DNA from: Octopus bimaculoides
Lineage: Eukaryota
Direction of reading: 5' to 3'
NCBI RefSeq assembly: GCF_001194135.2
Contig: NC_068985.1
Coordinates: forward strand, 4,913,703-4,977,702
Length of the DNA: 64,000 nucleotides
The notes beneath the pieces are model-generated. The model saw nothing but the letters and a program-made list of their open reading frames with translations, made no database searches and was not told the DNA's origin. The translations under genes and the position numbers were made by a program. Of the stretch, positions 22,582-36,120 are shown in pieces (the stretch's first letter is position 1; the number at the start of each line of letters is the position of its first letter).

Positions 22582-25007
22582 TACACTCTCTGAGTGGTTG
22601 GCGTTAGGAAGGGCATCCAGCTGTAGAAACTCTGCCAAATCAGACTGGAGCCTGGTGTTGCCATCCGGTTTCACCAGTCCTCAGTCAAATCGTCCAACCC
22701 ATGCTAGCATGGAAGGCGGACGTTAAACGATGATGATGATGATGATATGTGACACCCATGTAAATCACAAATATATTATCTGCTATGGTGATAGCCTAAT
22801 TTATGACTGCTTTATGTAGTACCAGAATATTTAATGCTATTGATTGGGGAAGGGGATTGTGTGCATCTCATCTAAGGAGCAGTCAACAGACCATAAAGCA
22901 ATGTCAGGACACTCTTCTATTTTCCCCCCCACATCCCAAAAGTATAGAAGGAATGAGTTTACATTCCTCTTTCTCTCACTGCTCGGCTTTCTAATACCTT
23001 AGGTTTGTCCTGTATTTGTTTAGCTGTGACCAAGTAGACTTGTGATGAGAGGTGTTCCAGCCTTGACCATTCCGTTTTTCCATATAACGGACTATTGCAG
23101 TGACAGTGTGTATGCCAAGTGATTAGAGTAATTGATTAGAGGTTGTGAGTTCAATTCCTGGTGGCATATAGTGTCACTGAGCAAGACGCCTTATTTCATA
23201 CTGTTCCATTCATCTTAGCTGGCAAACATGAGTGGTACCTGTAATACAAAAGGGGTCAGCCTTGTCACATTTTGTGTCATGCTGAATCTCCTTGGGAACT
23301 ACCTTAAGGGTACATGTGTCTGTGGAGTGCTCAGCCACTTGCATGTTAATGTCATAAGCAGACTTTTCTGTGGATCAGATCAACTGGAACCCTTATCATC
23401 GTAACTGATAGACTGCCAGCAAGGTGTGATTTGAGGAAGAATTAGGCTGTAATTTTTAATATTTCAAGCTATCATGTAGAGGTTCACTGGTCAGTTTGTA
23501 GTTTTGATTTGTTGAACCTGCAAGGGAGCCAACTTTTGACTGTTTATTCATCATTCGACACAATTCAGAAACAGTTAATCGTCCTTTTTATCCATCCAGT
23601 GAATTAACTGATTTAAATTAAGGTGGCCAGTTTAATTAAACCCCCTAGCATTTAAACCAGCCTTATATAGCTAAAATATTCTAGCTGTTTCTTGTTAAAT
23701 CTGGCCAAATGTGACCTCTCACACCTATCTTATAGTGCCACTCTAAGAATAAGCAAGCAACCACATCATCAAAGTCTCAGAACTATGAGATAGTGCATGA
23801 TTAATTCAAAACAACATGAATAAATAAAGCATTGCATTTGACAGTAAAGGTTAAGGTAAATAAATTTATTTAAATCATTACCCTTTGAAGGTGGCAAACT
23901 GACAGAAACGTTAGCACACTGGGTGAAATGCTTAGCGACATTTCATCTGTCTTTATGTGTGTGTTTGTGTGTGTAATTTCAGTTTCTGTCTACCAAATCC
24001 ACTCACAGGGCTTTGCTCGGCCTGAGGCTATAGTAAAGACACTTGCCCAAGGTACCACGCAGTGGGCCTGAACTCAGAACCATACGTGGTTGGGAAGCAA
24101 ACTTCTTACCAGACAGCCATGCTGCGCCTTTGCATTTGCGCCAGGTTTTAAATGTTCTATATCAATAAAAATGGAAGACATTCATCAAATGCTGCCCCAA
24201 AGCAGAATACTAAATCAGCTTTTTTTGATGACCAGTAGTAGATTAGTCAGTCACAATTTGTATTTTTGATTACTGAAAGTGACTTTTTCAGCATTTCCCA
24301 CATGATGTACATTATTTGTACATGACTTGCGAAGACTTATTGGGGCAAGCGAAAGCGAAATCGTGATGGCACCTGTGCCCAGCGTCACCTTTCTGGCACT
24401 TGTGCCCTGTGGCATGTGGAAGGACTTTCGAGTGAGATCGTTGCCAGTGCCCCTGGACTCGCTCTTGTGCGGGTGGCACATAAAATACACCATTTTGAGC
24501 GTAGCCGTTGCCGCCTGACTGGCCTTTGTGACGGTAGCACGTAAAAAGCACCCACTACACTCTCTGAGTGGTTGGCGTTAGGAAGGGCATCCAGCTGTAG
24601 AAACTCTGCCAAATCAGATTGGAGCCTGGTGTAGCCATCTGGTTTCACCAGTCCTCAGTCAAATCGTCCAACCCATGCTAGCATGGAAAGTGGATGTTAA
24701 ACGACGATGATGATGAGGAGGAGGAGGACTAAGGCGGCGAGCTGGCAGAATCGTTAGCACGCCGGGTGAAATGCTTAGCGGTATTTCGTCTGCCGCTACA
24801 TTCTGAGTTCAAATTCTGCCACGGTTGACTTTGCCTTTCATCCTTTTGGGCTCAATAAATTAAGTGCCAGTTGTGTACTGGGGTTGATCTAATTGACTGG
24901 CTCCCTCCCCCAAAATTTCGGGCCTTGTGTCTAGAGTAGAAAAGAAAGCATTACCTTTTGCTATCTTACAAGCCTTTTCTTTGGTTTACGTCGTCTAAAA
25001 TCTGCAA

Positions 25008-25328
25008 TAGTCGTTCTCAACCATTTTTCATCTCTGGAACTTTGATTACCATTTTATTCTGGTGGACCCCCATAGCCATTCAGTGTGTAAAAACTAGTTT
25101 TGTAGAAACTTCTTTCAAAATTCCTATTTTGTTTATCACACATTCCCTTGTGTAAGCCAAACTATGTAAAATATCAGAGAAAGAAACCTGTTTCTTGCAA
25201 TAGATACAACTAAAAAAAAACAAAACATTTTTAATGGACCATAAAATACTACTTGTGGACCCATTTTACTATTTTGGTTGCATGGACCCCGCCCAAGATC
25301 TTATATGGTCCTCAGTTGAGAGCCACTG
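25008..25328. mobile_element. hAT-type MITE
   Basis: TAGTCGTTCTCAAC...GTTGAGAGCCACTG termini; 8-bp flanks ATCTGCAA and ATCTACAA (one mismatch). Confidence 0.75.
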
Positions 25329-26076
25329 ATCTACAATCATCTTCTTGTAAATGCATTTTCTTCATTAGCCATTGTTCATTGACGTATTTTCTTGTCAATT
25401 CAACCATGCCTTGCATACATTTATCAGTGCATTTGAAACTCCGGATCTTTTTTAAAACGGGGGCCACATTTTTCATTAATGTTTTACGTAGTGTTTTTGG
25501 TACCGAAAGACTTTCAAACTTTGTATACTTATCTATTTTGTGTTCTAGAACAGAAAAATATTTTTGTATTCGAATTTATTTCATGTAAAAAATTATCTTA
25601 TTTCAATAATTTCAACCAATCACTGACAAGTATTCAGTTGTTTACATTTACTCCTTTGGCTGATTAAGCGGTGTAAAGCGTATTTAATCTCCATAGCTTC
25701 GTTTTGCTTTTTTCTTTTTAAATTTGCTGTTTTACCCTAACCCTAACCCTAACACCGATAGAATTGTTTCAGAATCGTTTGTTTATGTAGTCGGCACTTA
25801 ATGTATATCGGCTGAATGGACGTCAGTGATTGGTTGAAATTACAGAAATACGACAACTTTAACATGGAATAACTTAGGGATTTCTTTTTTTTTTAAGAAG
25901 ACTAAGAGAAAAAGATGTTTTATATGACACATTCTACCAGTGTTCCAAGTTTCAAAGTGTTTCGTTAATGAAAAATGTGGCCCCCGTTTTAAAAAAGATC
26001 CGAAACTCCTTTACTTCAGCTCAAGTCAACCAACTTGCGGCAAGTTAAGTTTATTATCCCTTTCCTGTCATTCCAG

Positions 26077-26219
26077 CTTGCCATGGAGAGTTTTTACAAA
26101 GATGACCAAGAACCTGATATGTACGATATGTTTCCATCTGCACCTATACCTGAAGCTACGAAACCACCTTCGGGACCGGCATTTGATCCTACTCCAGTGA
26201 CCCAAGAAGGAAACCCTCG
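26077..26219 (+). CDS. NSFL1C: p47 exon 2: LAMESFYKDD...QEGNPR
   Basis: Pyrimidine tract plus TTCCAG acceptor; LAMESFY aligns with p47 IALASFY; phase-2 donor GTTAGT. Confidence 0.88.
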
Positions 26220-26585
26220 GTTAGTTTGTTAGAGTTTGCTCTCCTTTATATAAACAGACAACAATGGAAAACAGCTTTGTCTAACTCTTTAGCATTTAAA
26301 CCATCCTTATCTGGTCCAAATATTATCGCTGTTTTATGTTCACCCCAGCCAGATCTGGCCTCCCACACCTACCCTACAGTGTCATTCTACAGAGTGTACT
26401 GGGTGCTTTTTACATGGTATCAACATGATCTAATTTAAAATTCTCCCTCAAAATTTCATGCTGTCTATGTTCCAAATGGCAGCTTAATAATAAAGTTATT
26501 TAACTAAATTCTATATTATTTTGAAAATCAATTGAAACAGTGGCAGTATATTTCAAAAGAAATTTGGTAACAAAAGAGTTAAATC

Positions 26586-27062
26586 AAGACTTAAGGACAC
26601 AGAATGCTTGTGTTACATAGCCAACTGGAAACGGTGTTTCCAAACAGCAGTAGCATTCTTCCCCTTCCTGGGACTGCCACATTAAGTTGGCAACAAACAA
26701 TCACTTTATTGTGCTGCTACTGTATAAGTCTCTCTCAGAGATTTAGAGATCCAATATTTTTAATTTTTTAGATCAGTGAATTTATTTCACTTGAAATTCT
26801 GTAAGTTTTCAAAGGCGAATAAGCATTGACAGCTAGCAAGCCAAGCTACTCCAGACTGATGAAGAGCAATGACTCTGAAACTAGTCTCCGGATGCTGGCT
26901 TTGCTGGGTGGAGGTGCTTATCTCCCTTGTTTGAAGACTTAAGGCCACAGAATGCTTGTGTCACATAGCCAACTGGAAACGGTGTTTCCTGGGGCTAGAT
27001 AGCAGTAGCATTCTTCCTTTTCCTGAAACTGCCACGTTAAGTTGGCAACAAACCATCACTTT
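26586..27062 (+). mobile_element. About 1.4 copies of a 348-bp hammerhead-containing tandem unit (retrozyme-like)
   Basis: Direct repeats beginning AAGACTTAAGG at 26586 and 26934, with the hammerhead between them. Confidence 0.7.
26836..26904 (+). ncRNA. Minimal type I hammerhead ribozyme, canonical core
   Basis: CTGATGA (26856-62), stem II AGAG/CTCT, GAAA (26877-80), palindromic stem III ACTAGT, cleavage triplet GTC (26884-86); stem I TCCAGA/TCCGGA extended by GCAAGCCA/TGGCTTTGC. Confidence 0.85.
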
Positions 27063-27365
27063 AGGATTATTTTGATTTTATTTTTCTGTTTAACCCATCA
27101 GCATTCAAACTGGCCATATCCAGCCAAAATATTCTACCTGTTTTATGCTCAAGCCATTCACACCTATGCTACAAAGTTATTCTAGAAATAACAAATCCCA
27201 TCATGAAGATCTTGAAGCTATGACATAATGCCTGAATGAACATTGTATTTGACAGAATAATTTGAATGCTAAGGAATTAATCCATTTTTAGAGTTAGTGT
27301 ATATGGCTACAAGTTCAGCAAGTTGTTATTATTTAGCCCTTGGTCTGTCCTTGTCCTACAGACTT

Positions 27366-27403
<38 letters not shown>

Positions 27404-27518
27404 CTTGGATGGTATTTCTAACAACTGCAACAACCACTGCGCCATATGCCCACAGGCATATGGCGTAGTGAGTGCGGGCTCCTAACCCCAAGATTCTGAG
27501 CTTGATTCCAGGCAGTCA

Positions 27519-27574
<56 letters not shown>

Positions 27575-28182
27575 TTGAAAAATACCTTAGGAATGAGAAC
27601 CCAGGTTTGAAATTTCCTCAAGACACCTGATGAAAGCTGGAGGGTATATCATCTTGTTAACAACAAACAAGATGAGGACAAATATCCGTGAAATGTAAAT
27701 AATTCCTCATCTCTTAAATATAGAACAACCACAGAGAGGTTTCCTCCAATTGTTTTACAAGGATACACTCTTATTGAAGTAGTGTATGTTGTATAACCCT
27801 TAGGTCAAACGTGATTGAGCAGGACTGTGATCAAACATCATTCACAATAAAATGATGCATGTATATACCTATGTGTCTGTGTTTGTCCCTCACTACCACT
27901 TGACAACCAATGTTGGTTTGTTTATGTCCCTGTAACTTAGTGGTTCGGCAAAAAGGAACTAATAGAATAAGTACCAGGCTGTAACAACAAAGAAAAGAAA
28001 AAGGCAGTAGGGTCAGTTTGTTTGACTAACCCATTCAAGGCCGTGCCCCATCGTGGCTGCAGTCCAATGACTGAAGCAAGTAAAGAAATTATTTCATTAT
28101 GTATGCAAAAAAAGGGTTTTTTTTTCTAAATGTATATCGTGTTCTATATGAATGCTTATCAAGACCAAAGAACACTCTTTAA

Positions 28183-28641
28183 CCCTTTCGATATCAACCT
28201 GGCTGAAACTGCCTCTGGCTCTGTACTACAAATGTCTTGTTTTCATAAGTTTTGAATTCAAATCTTCCAGCAAACCTTAGTCACAATTTATGTTCCTAAC
28301 ACCAGCTTAATGATAACTAAATTCTTTGCTATATTTAAAATTAATTGAAAGAAACACAGCATATCAACAGAAATACAGTAACAAAAGGGTTAAAATATAT
28401 AATAGAGAAACAATTCTTAACCCTTTTGATACCAACCTGGCTGAAACCGCCTCTGGCTCTGTAGTATAAATGTCTTGTTTTCATAAGTTTGAATTAAAAT
28501 CTTCCACCAAACCTTAGTCACAATTTATGTTCCTAACACTAGCTTAATGATAACTAAGTTATTTTACTAAATTCTTTGTTATTTTTAAAATTAATTGAAA
28601 GAAGCACAGAGCATCTCAAAATAAATATGGTAACAAAAGGG
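28183..28641 (+). mobile_element. Two adjacent piggyBac-type MITEs (28183-28389 and 28421-28641)
   Basis: Each has TTAA-CCC...GGG-TTAA ends and near-identical internal sequence. Confidence 0.8.
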
Positions 28642-28736
28642 TTAAGAAAACCAGTATAAGGCAGTTGTATTTGTAGTGATGAGCTTTATTATATTATAAA
28701 TTATTTATTAACATAGTAAGATCTTTCTTTTGGCAG

Positions 28737-28826
28737 ATTTGCCTCTATCGCTGATATGAGACAAGGAGAAACTGCAGATAGTGATGAGGAAGGACAAGCC
28801 TTCTATGCCGGTGGATCTGAACACAG
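28737..28826 (+). CDS. NSFL1C: p47 exon 3: FASIADMRQGETADSDEEGQAFYAGGSEHS
   Basis: TTTTGGCAG acceptor; EGQAFYAGGSE motif; donor GTATTT. Confidence 0.93.
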
Positions 28827-30994
28827 GTATTTTAACAGTAATTCTGTTAGTAAGCAAAATGTAATGAGTATTCCCATTCAAATCTTCTCCTAAACACTTC
28901 AATCAGGTTTTCTTGAGATCTATGACCTTCTGCAACTTAACATCATCATCATCATCGTTTGATGTCTGCCTTCCATGCTGGCATGGGCGGGACGATTTGA
29001 CAAGACTGGCCAAGCAGAAGCCAGCACCAGACTTCTGTGCCTGTTTTGGCAGGATTTTTATAGCTGGATGACCTTCCTCACACCAACCAGTAAGCAGAAT
29101 GGACTTAGTGCTTTTTATGTGGCACAAGCACAGGCAAGGTTTTTACAGCTGGATGCCCTTCTGAATGCCAACCACTTTACAGTGTGGAATGGGTGCTTTT
29201 TAAGTGGCACCTGCTCTGACAGTGTCACCAAGTAACTTGCAAGACAAAAAAAAATCTTTTGAGAGAGGAGGGGGCATTGGAGGATCTTGTGACAGATAAT
29301 GAAAAGTTATAGTGAGACAGAAACAGAAATGGGTGTCTTGCTTTAGAGGAGGTACACGGTTACCTGGCTGGCGAGAGAGAGATCAGGAATGAAGACAGAA
29401 ACAGGCTTTCTGCCGCAAAGGAGATACATAGTTACCCAACCTGAGGGAAGTGTAGGAAAAAGAGAGAGATTGAGTGGGAGACAGCAGGATAGAGATGGTG
29501 GCGAAGTGCCAGGGTATACTCATCCTACATAGATTTTTCACTCCAAACCTGAATCAACAAAGATTTTAAGCCAAACAATATCTGCATCAACTTAATCCAT
29601 TTAATCTTGTTTCTGTGTCATATTGTGCCTAAAATTACTCTAAACCCTGACCTCCTCAAACAAAAGTTTCAAAAGAAACAGTTTCAGTTTACAGTGTGGA
29701 CTGGATGCTTTTCACATGGCACCAGCACTGGCAGGGTTACCAAGTAATTTGCAAGACAAAAAAATCTTTTGAGAGGTCCATCGGAAGAAGTTACCTTGTG
29801 TCGGATGATGAAAGGTTAGAATGAGACAGAAACAGGTGTCTTGTAGAAGAAGTACAAGATTACTCGGCTGGAGAGAGAGAGATCATCATCATCGTTTAAT
29901 GTCTGTTTTCCATGCTGGCATGGGTTGGACGGTTTGACTGAGGTCTGGAGAGCCAGCTGCTGCACTAGGCTCCAATCTGATCTGGCANNNNNNNNNNCAT
30001 CGGCCATGTTCTGATGGTGCATTTTACATTCCACTGGCATGAGGGCCAGCTACAGGGTACTGGCATCGGTCACATTCGGTTGGTGCTTTTTACGTGCCAC
30101 CGGCACGAGGCCAGTCAGAGGGTACTGTCATCAGCCACGTTCAGATGGTGCTTTTTACGTACCACTGGCATGGGAGCCAGTCAGGTGGACCTGGCATCAA
30201 CTCAAAATAGTTTCTTATTCCTTATGTTAGAAAATTCATTTTCCTGTTCTTACTGTGGTGTGAAGCTGTTTGATAAGAGGAGGACTGAGGACTTGATGGA
30301 GATGCTGGGGTTAGAGGAATCAGTGGAACGGCTAGCAAAGACGAATGGAGTGTGGTATGGGCATGTGTTGAAGAGGGATGAGGAGCATGTTCTGAGGAGG
30401 GTGCTTGAGTTTGAGGTAAATGGACTGAAAGTGAGGTACACTGAGGAAAAGGTGGAGGGGACAGGTGGTGGAGGAGATTAGGAGGGTTGGCTTGAGAAGG
30501 GAGGATGCCCCAAACTGGGCAAGAGGGTGTGAGGGCGGTTACTATGGCATTGAGATAGATCCAGCCACCACCGTTAATGGGGATAAAACAGCGGATGATG
30601 ATGATTCTGTCCTCTATCAAATTTTGTAAAGGACATGATAATTAATATTTGCAAATTATAATTTGTATATACTAATTATGTAATTATATTGAATAGCAAT
30701 AATAGTCACATGAGGCAGAGCTTTGTGAACTTGTTAGATGAAATCTGAAGAAACTGAAGCCTCAGACATAATTACCAAAAATAGAGATGGAATATTTTGA
30801 ATAACAGTTTCAGTATCTGATTCGGCATGTGGTATCACTGAAATATGGATTTTTTTTTTTAAAGTGATAACGACCTGTTTTATATATTAAAGTTACCATT
30901 AAGTTTAATAGAATAATTTCATGTAATTTAACTGAATGATAAACAGTGTACAAGAGTAAAATATATATACTTTTTCTTATGCCTTTTCTCCTCC

Positions 30995-31030
<36 letters not shown>

Positions 31031-31194
31031 CCACCACCACCATCATCATCCCCACCATCATCACCACCACCACCACCATGTGAAACAATGAGGATGATGA
31101 TGATAATGATGAACTCTAGTCATCATAGCAATTTGCATTCATTCAATATTTGTGAAGTGTCCTTGCTTCATGCTGTTTTCTTTATAATTTTCAG

Positions 31195-31254
31195 TGGTCA
31201 GCAAGTATTAGGTCCTCCAAAGAAGTTTATGGATTTATTTAAACAAGTTAAAAA
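31195..31254 (+). CDS. NSFL1C: p47 exon 4: SGQQVLGPPKKFMDLFKQVK
   Basis: TTTTCAG acceptor; SGQQVLGPP motif; donor GTAAGT. Confidence 0.92.
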
Positions 31255-31675
31255 GTAAGTACTTCTAAATAATTCTTTGACAGACCGATTTTAATGTCAG
31301 TTTTCTACAGTTGCAGTTTGTTTATTGATTTTTTTTCTGTATGAAGCCAGATGTCATATGACAACATTCTGTTTCATAAATCTTTACAGAAATCTCTGGT
31401 GAGTCTTGTGCTGTAGTAATAAGTTCTCCAGGATTTATTTACCTACAGAAACTCTTTTCAGTTACTTTGATGGAATGCAAATTTGTGAACCATTCCAATT
31501 TTTTTTTTTAAATAGGCAACGGTGTAGCTGTGTGGTAAGAAGTTTGCTTCCAACCACATGATTCTGGGTTCAGTCTCACTGTATACCACCTTGGGCATGT
31601 GGTTTCTACTATAGCCTCAAGCTCACAAAAGCCTTGTGAATGGATTTGGTGGAGGAAAACTGTAAGAAGCCTGTC

Positions 31676-31707
<32 letters not shown>

Positions 31708-32736
31708 GTTAGTAGAGTTAGCGGTTGGAATAACCATCTAAGGTATAAGAATATCCGTTTTTACTACCAGTGTAAATTACCTATGTTAACCCTGGGCATA
31801 CATATGCAAGCATATTATGTTCATAGGATACAGGCAATAACAAAATAAACAAGTGTTTATCAGGAATCAAATTTAAATTAAGCAGAAAATGGAGAAAATT
31901 CTTGGTCAACAAACAAATTGACTAACATTGATTATTATTTTTTAATACAAAGCTTTATCCCTACTAACAGCCGTTTCTGCTTCCAGTGTCCCTCAGCACT
32001 GCCAAAGAAAATTCTGAGAATAATATTTGTCATATTCTATAGCACATCCGATCTGGTACATGGAGCTTCATCAGATTGAAGAAAAATACATATAATAAAA
32101 GAAGAGGAGAGAAAGGGACCTTGAGATGAGGAAAGAAGGCTTAATATATTTGACTCATACCATTTTGCAGTGTAACACTTCAAGTCATTAAGCAAATGAC
32201 TAAACTAGAAAATTAATTGGTGGGTTAATCTTTCTTCAGGGGTAACAGGGTGTATAAATAATAAGAAATAAAATAAATACTTTAGTGTAACGGGATTCAC
32301 CAATAGGTTTAGAAAAAGAATAGTACTTAAGATTTCATAAATAGTCTTAATTAATATTTACCCAAATAACATGCCTGTAANNNNNNNNNNNNNNNNNNNN
32401 NNNNNNNNNNNNNNNNNNNNNNNNNNNNNNNNNNNNNNNNNNNNNNNNNNNNNNNNNNNNNNNNNNNNNNNNNNNNNNNNTACATAAACTACTTTCTGCT
32501 TTTCTAGCGGAAAATTATATATATATAATTTTCCACTTTTCTAGTGACGACCCTGTATGTATGCATATATATATATATATTCATACATACAAGGTTGTCG
32601 GTAGATGATATATATATATATGTGTGAATAAGAATCCACAGTAATTTTATGTTTAAATAATTACTAAACACCAATAACAGTTTTAGGAATGTCTACTTTG
32701 TTTTATTTTAGTTTTTTTTATTCTTTTTATTCTCAG

Positions 32737-32881
32737 AGATGATGATTCTGGGCCTGAAGAAGATTTTGAATCCAAGTCTTCAGCTTTTTGTGGTACTGGT
32801 TACAGATTAGGGGATATGGAAAGTACCACCCCTGTTGTAATTAAAAGTGCAGCTTCAAACGAAAGCCCTGAAATGGCTAGG
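32737..32881 (+). CDS. NSFL1C: p47 exon 5, includes SHP box FCGTGYRLG
   Basis: TTCTCAG acceptor; F-x-G-x-G-Y-R-L-G; phase-0 donor GTAAGA. Confidence 0.9.
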
Positions 32882-33593
32882 GTAAGAGTTATGTCTATTG
32901 TCTTTAGATTTAGTATTCTCTCTGTAAATGACAGTGGAATGTTTATATTATATAGGTGTGGCTGTGTGGTAAGAAGATTGCTTCCCAACCACATGGTTCT
33001 GGGTTCAGTCCGACTGTGTGGCACTTTGGGCAAATGTCTTCTGCTATAGCCTCGGGCTGACCAAAGACTTTTGGGTGGATTTGGTAGATGGAAACTGAAA
33101 GAAACCCGTCGTATATATATATATATATATATATATTTGTGTGTCTGTGTTTGTCCCCCCATCATCACTTGACAACCGATGTTGGTGTGTTTAGTCCCCA
33201 TAACCTAGCAGTTCGACTAAAGAGACTGATACAATAAGTCCTACAGTCTATTTGTTTGACTAAAGGCAGTGCNNNNNNNNNNNNNNNNNNNNNNNNNNNN
33301 NNNNNNNNNNNNNNNNNNNNNNNNNNNNNNNNNNNNNNNNNNNNNNNNNNNNNNNNNNNNNNNNNNNNNNNNNNNNNNNNNNNNNNNNNNNNNNNNNNNN
33401 NNNNNNNNNNNNNNNNNNNNNNNNNNNNNNNNNNNNNNNNNNNNNNNNNNNNNNNNNNNNNNNNNNNNNNNNNNNNNNNNNNNNNNNNNNNNNNNNNNNN
33501 NNNNNNNNNNNNNNNNNNNNNNNNNNNNNNNNNNNNNNNNNNNNNNNNNNNNNNNNNNNNNNNNNNNNNNNNNNNNNNNNNNNNNNNNNNNNN

Positions 33594-33845
33594 NAATTCC
33601 CAGACCGGGCGTTGTGTGTATTTATTGAGCGAAAACACCTAAAGCTCCACGAGGCTCCGGCAGGGGATGGTGGTGCTTCCTGTTGTATTCTTTCGCCCCA
33701 ACTTCCTCTCACTCTTTCTTCCTGTTTCTTGAGTAACGCTGCGATGGACTGGCGTCCCGTCCAGCTGGGGGGAACACATATGCCATAGAAACCGAGAAAC
33801 TGGGCCCATGAGCCTGGCTAGGCTTTAAAAGGGCGCATAAATAAA
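33594..33845 (+). mobile_element. tRNA-derived SINE family C (related copy 48860-49150)
   Basis: Shared AGACCGGGCG...AACACCTAA...CTGCGATGGACTGGCGTCCCGTCCAG; a tRNA-like head is visible at about 48860-48920. Confidence 0.65.
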
Positions 33846-34464
33846 AATATATATGTATCTGGGATCGTCAATATAGAGTAGACTTTTTTGTGTTGTGTCC
33901 ATGATATAACCTCACTAGTGCTATTACCACCATTGGCACACTGCACTCTAATGGGGTCAGCTTCTGAGTGGGATGTGTGCCGGGTGGAGTAGATACTTTG
34001 TCTTGTCCTGTTGAGGGCATGCCAACTTCTTTTGTGCTTTTGCCTTGCTAAGATGCACCTAATACACTTTCTAAAGTGGTTGGTTATATGAAGGGCATCA
34101 TGCCATAATAATGACAGCTTAAGATGAAACCAACAAGCAAGGCATGATCCTCTGAACCATCTAGGAGGGACCATGATGACCCATCTAACCCATGTTAGCA
34201 TGAAAAACAGGCATCAAATGATGATGATGAATGAACTGGAGGAATGTAAAATAAAATGTCTTGCTGAAGACCACAATGCACTATCAGGAATTGAACTCAC
34301 AAGCTTACAATCATGAACCTAATATCGTTATCACTAAGCCACATGGTTTCACAGTGATGATATATGATTAAGTGTTTGTATGTACGTCCATATTTTACTT
34401 GTGACATGATATTTTAAGAAAAGCATTTATCATCGTTGGAACTTTTCATTTTGATTTGGAATAG

Positions 34465-34565
34465 GTTTTGAACATGTGGAAGAATGGCTTCAATGTTGAT
34501 AATGGACCATTAAGGGAATATACTGATGAAAGGAATAGAGAATTTCTGGAGTCCATCACCCGAAG
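34465..34565 (+). CDS. NSFL1C: p47 exon 6 (SEP): [33 protein letters not shown]
   Basis: TAG acceptor; SEP-domain WKNGF and FLESI motifs; donor GTAAAT. Confidence 0.94.
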
Positions 34566-35023
34566 GTAAATCCTTCTCTTTTGTTCTTTGTTTCATTTGC
34601 AACCCTAACCCTAATAGTACTTTGTGTCTGAAAGGTTCAGAATAGTAAACATTACTTGGAATATTCATGGCTTTTGCTCTTTATACTTTGTTTTAAATCA
34701 TCTGTGGAATCTTTAATCATCTCCTAGTCTGATACATATATGGATTTATAGAAGTTGAAGAATGAATAAAGCATGACTTTGTTATTTGTTACAATTGTTT
34801 CTGAACCGCGCTGTTTCTGATCACAATTACATGTAAATGATTCTTTGTGAAAATTATGCTTTGGCACAGGCATGGTTGTATGGTAAGCTGTTTGCCTCCC
34901 AACCACATGGTTCTGGGTTCAGTCCCATTTCGTGGCGCTGGGGGCAAATATCACTTACTATAGCCTTTGGCTGACCAAAGCCTTGTGAATGGATTTGGTA
35001 GATGGAAACTGAAAGAAATTTAT

Positions 35024-35070
<47 letters not shown>

Positions 35071-35139
35071 CTATATGTATGTATGTATTTGTGTGTCTGT
35101 GTTTGTCCCCTCACTATCACCTGACAACCAATGCAATAA

Positions 35140-36120
35140 CAGAGCAATTCAAGACAGGATGCCCCTGGGAGCACTGTTATGCTGATGACCTTGCTCTAAT
35201 AGCTGAGTCACTACCAGAACTAGAGAAGAAGTTTCAGGAGTGGATGCAAGGTCTAGAATCAAAGGGTCTTAGAGTGAATCTAGCAAAAACCAAAGTCTTA
35301 GTAAGTAGGAAGGCAGACAAATCACAAATCCCTTCAGGTAGATGGCTCTGCTCGATCTGTAGGAAAGGCGTAGGTAGAAACTCCATAAGATGTACCCAGT
35401 GTAAGCTATGGACACATAAGAGGTGCAGCAATATCAAAGGAAGGCTATCTGGGAAGATAGTTTTTGTGTGTGGCAGATGCACTAGTGCAGTAAAAACTGA
35501 AGATACACGGAAAACAGATTCCATCCGTGCCAGAGGGAAAAACTAGAAATAGTTGATAGCTTCCATTATCTAGGTGACCAAGTTAGTAGCAGGGGTGGAT
35601 GCTCTGAGAGCATATCTGCTAGAATAAGAATAGCCTGGGCAAAGTTGAGAGCTCGTACCTCTGCTGGTAACAAAGGGCCTCTTATGCAGAATGAAAAGCA
35701 GACTGTATGATGCCTGTGTGTGAACAGCCATGCTACATGGCAGTGAAACATGGGCTGTGACTGCTGAGGACATGCATAGGCTTGAAAGAAATGAAGCTAG
35801 TATTCTCCGCTGAATGTGTAATATCAGTATTCATACATGACTGAGTGTAAGCGCCCTGAGAGAAAAGTTGGGCATAAGAAGCATCAGATGTGGTGTGCAA
35901 GAGAGATGACTGCACTGGTATGGTCATGTGTTACGTATGGATGAGGACAGCTGTGTAAAGAAATGGAAGGAACCTGTGGAAGAGGTAGACCCAGGAAGAC
36001 CTAGGATGAGGTGGTGAAGCATGTCTTTCGAATGTTGGGCATCATTTAAGCAATGACAAGCAACCGAGGCCTTTGGAGATCTGCTGTGCTTGAGATGACC
36101 CGGCAAGCTAAGTGAGATCC
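35140..36120 (+). mobile_element. RTE LINE RT 3' half, frameshifted, with an internal Cys/His (PHD-like) finger
   Basis: CPWEHCYADDLALIAES...NLAKTK...WLCSICRKGVGRNSIRCTQCKLWTHKRC...CGRC, then MLHGSETW. Confidence 0.9.
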
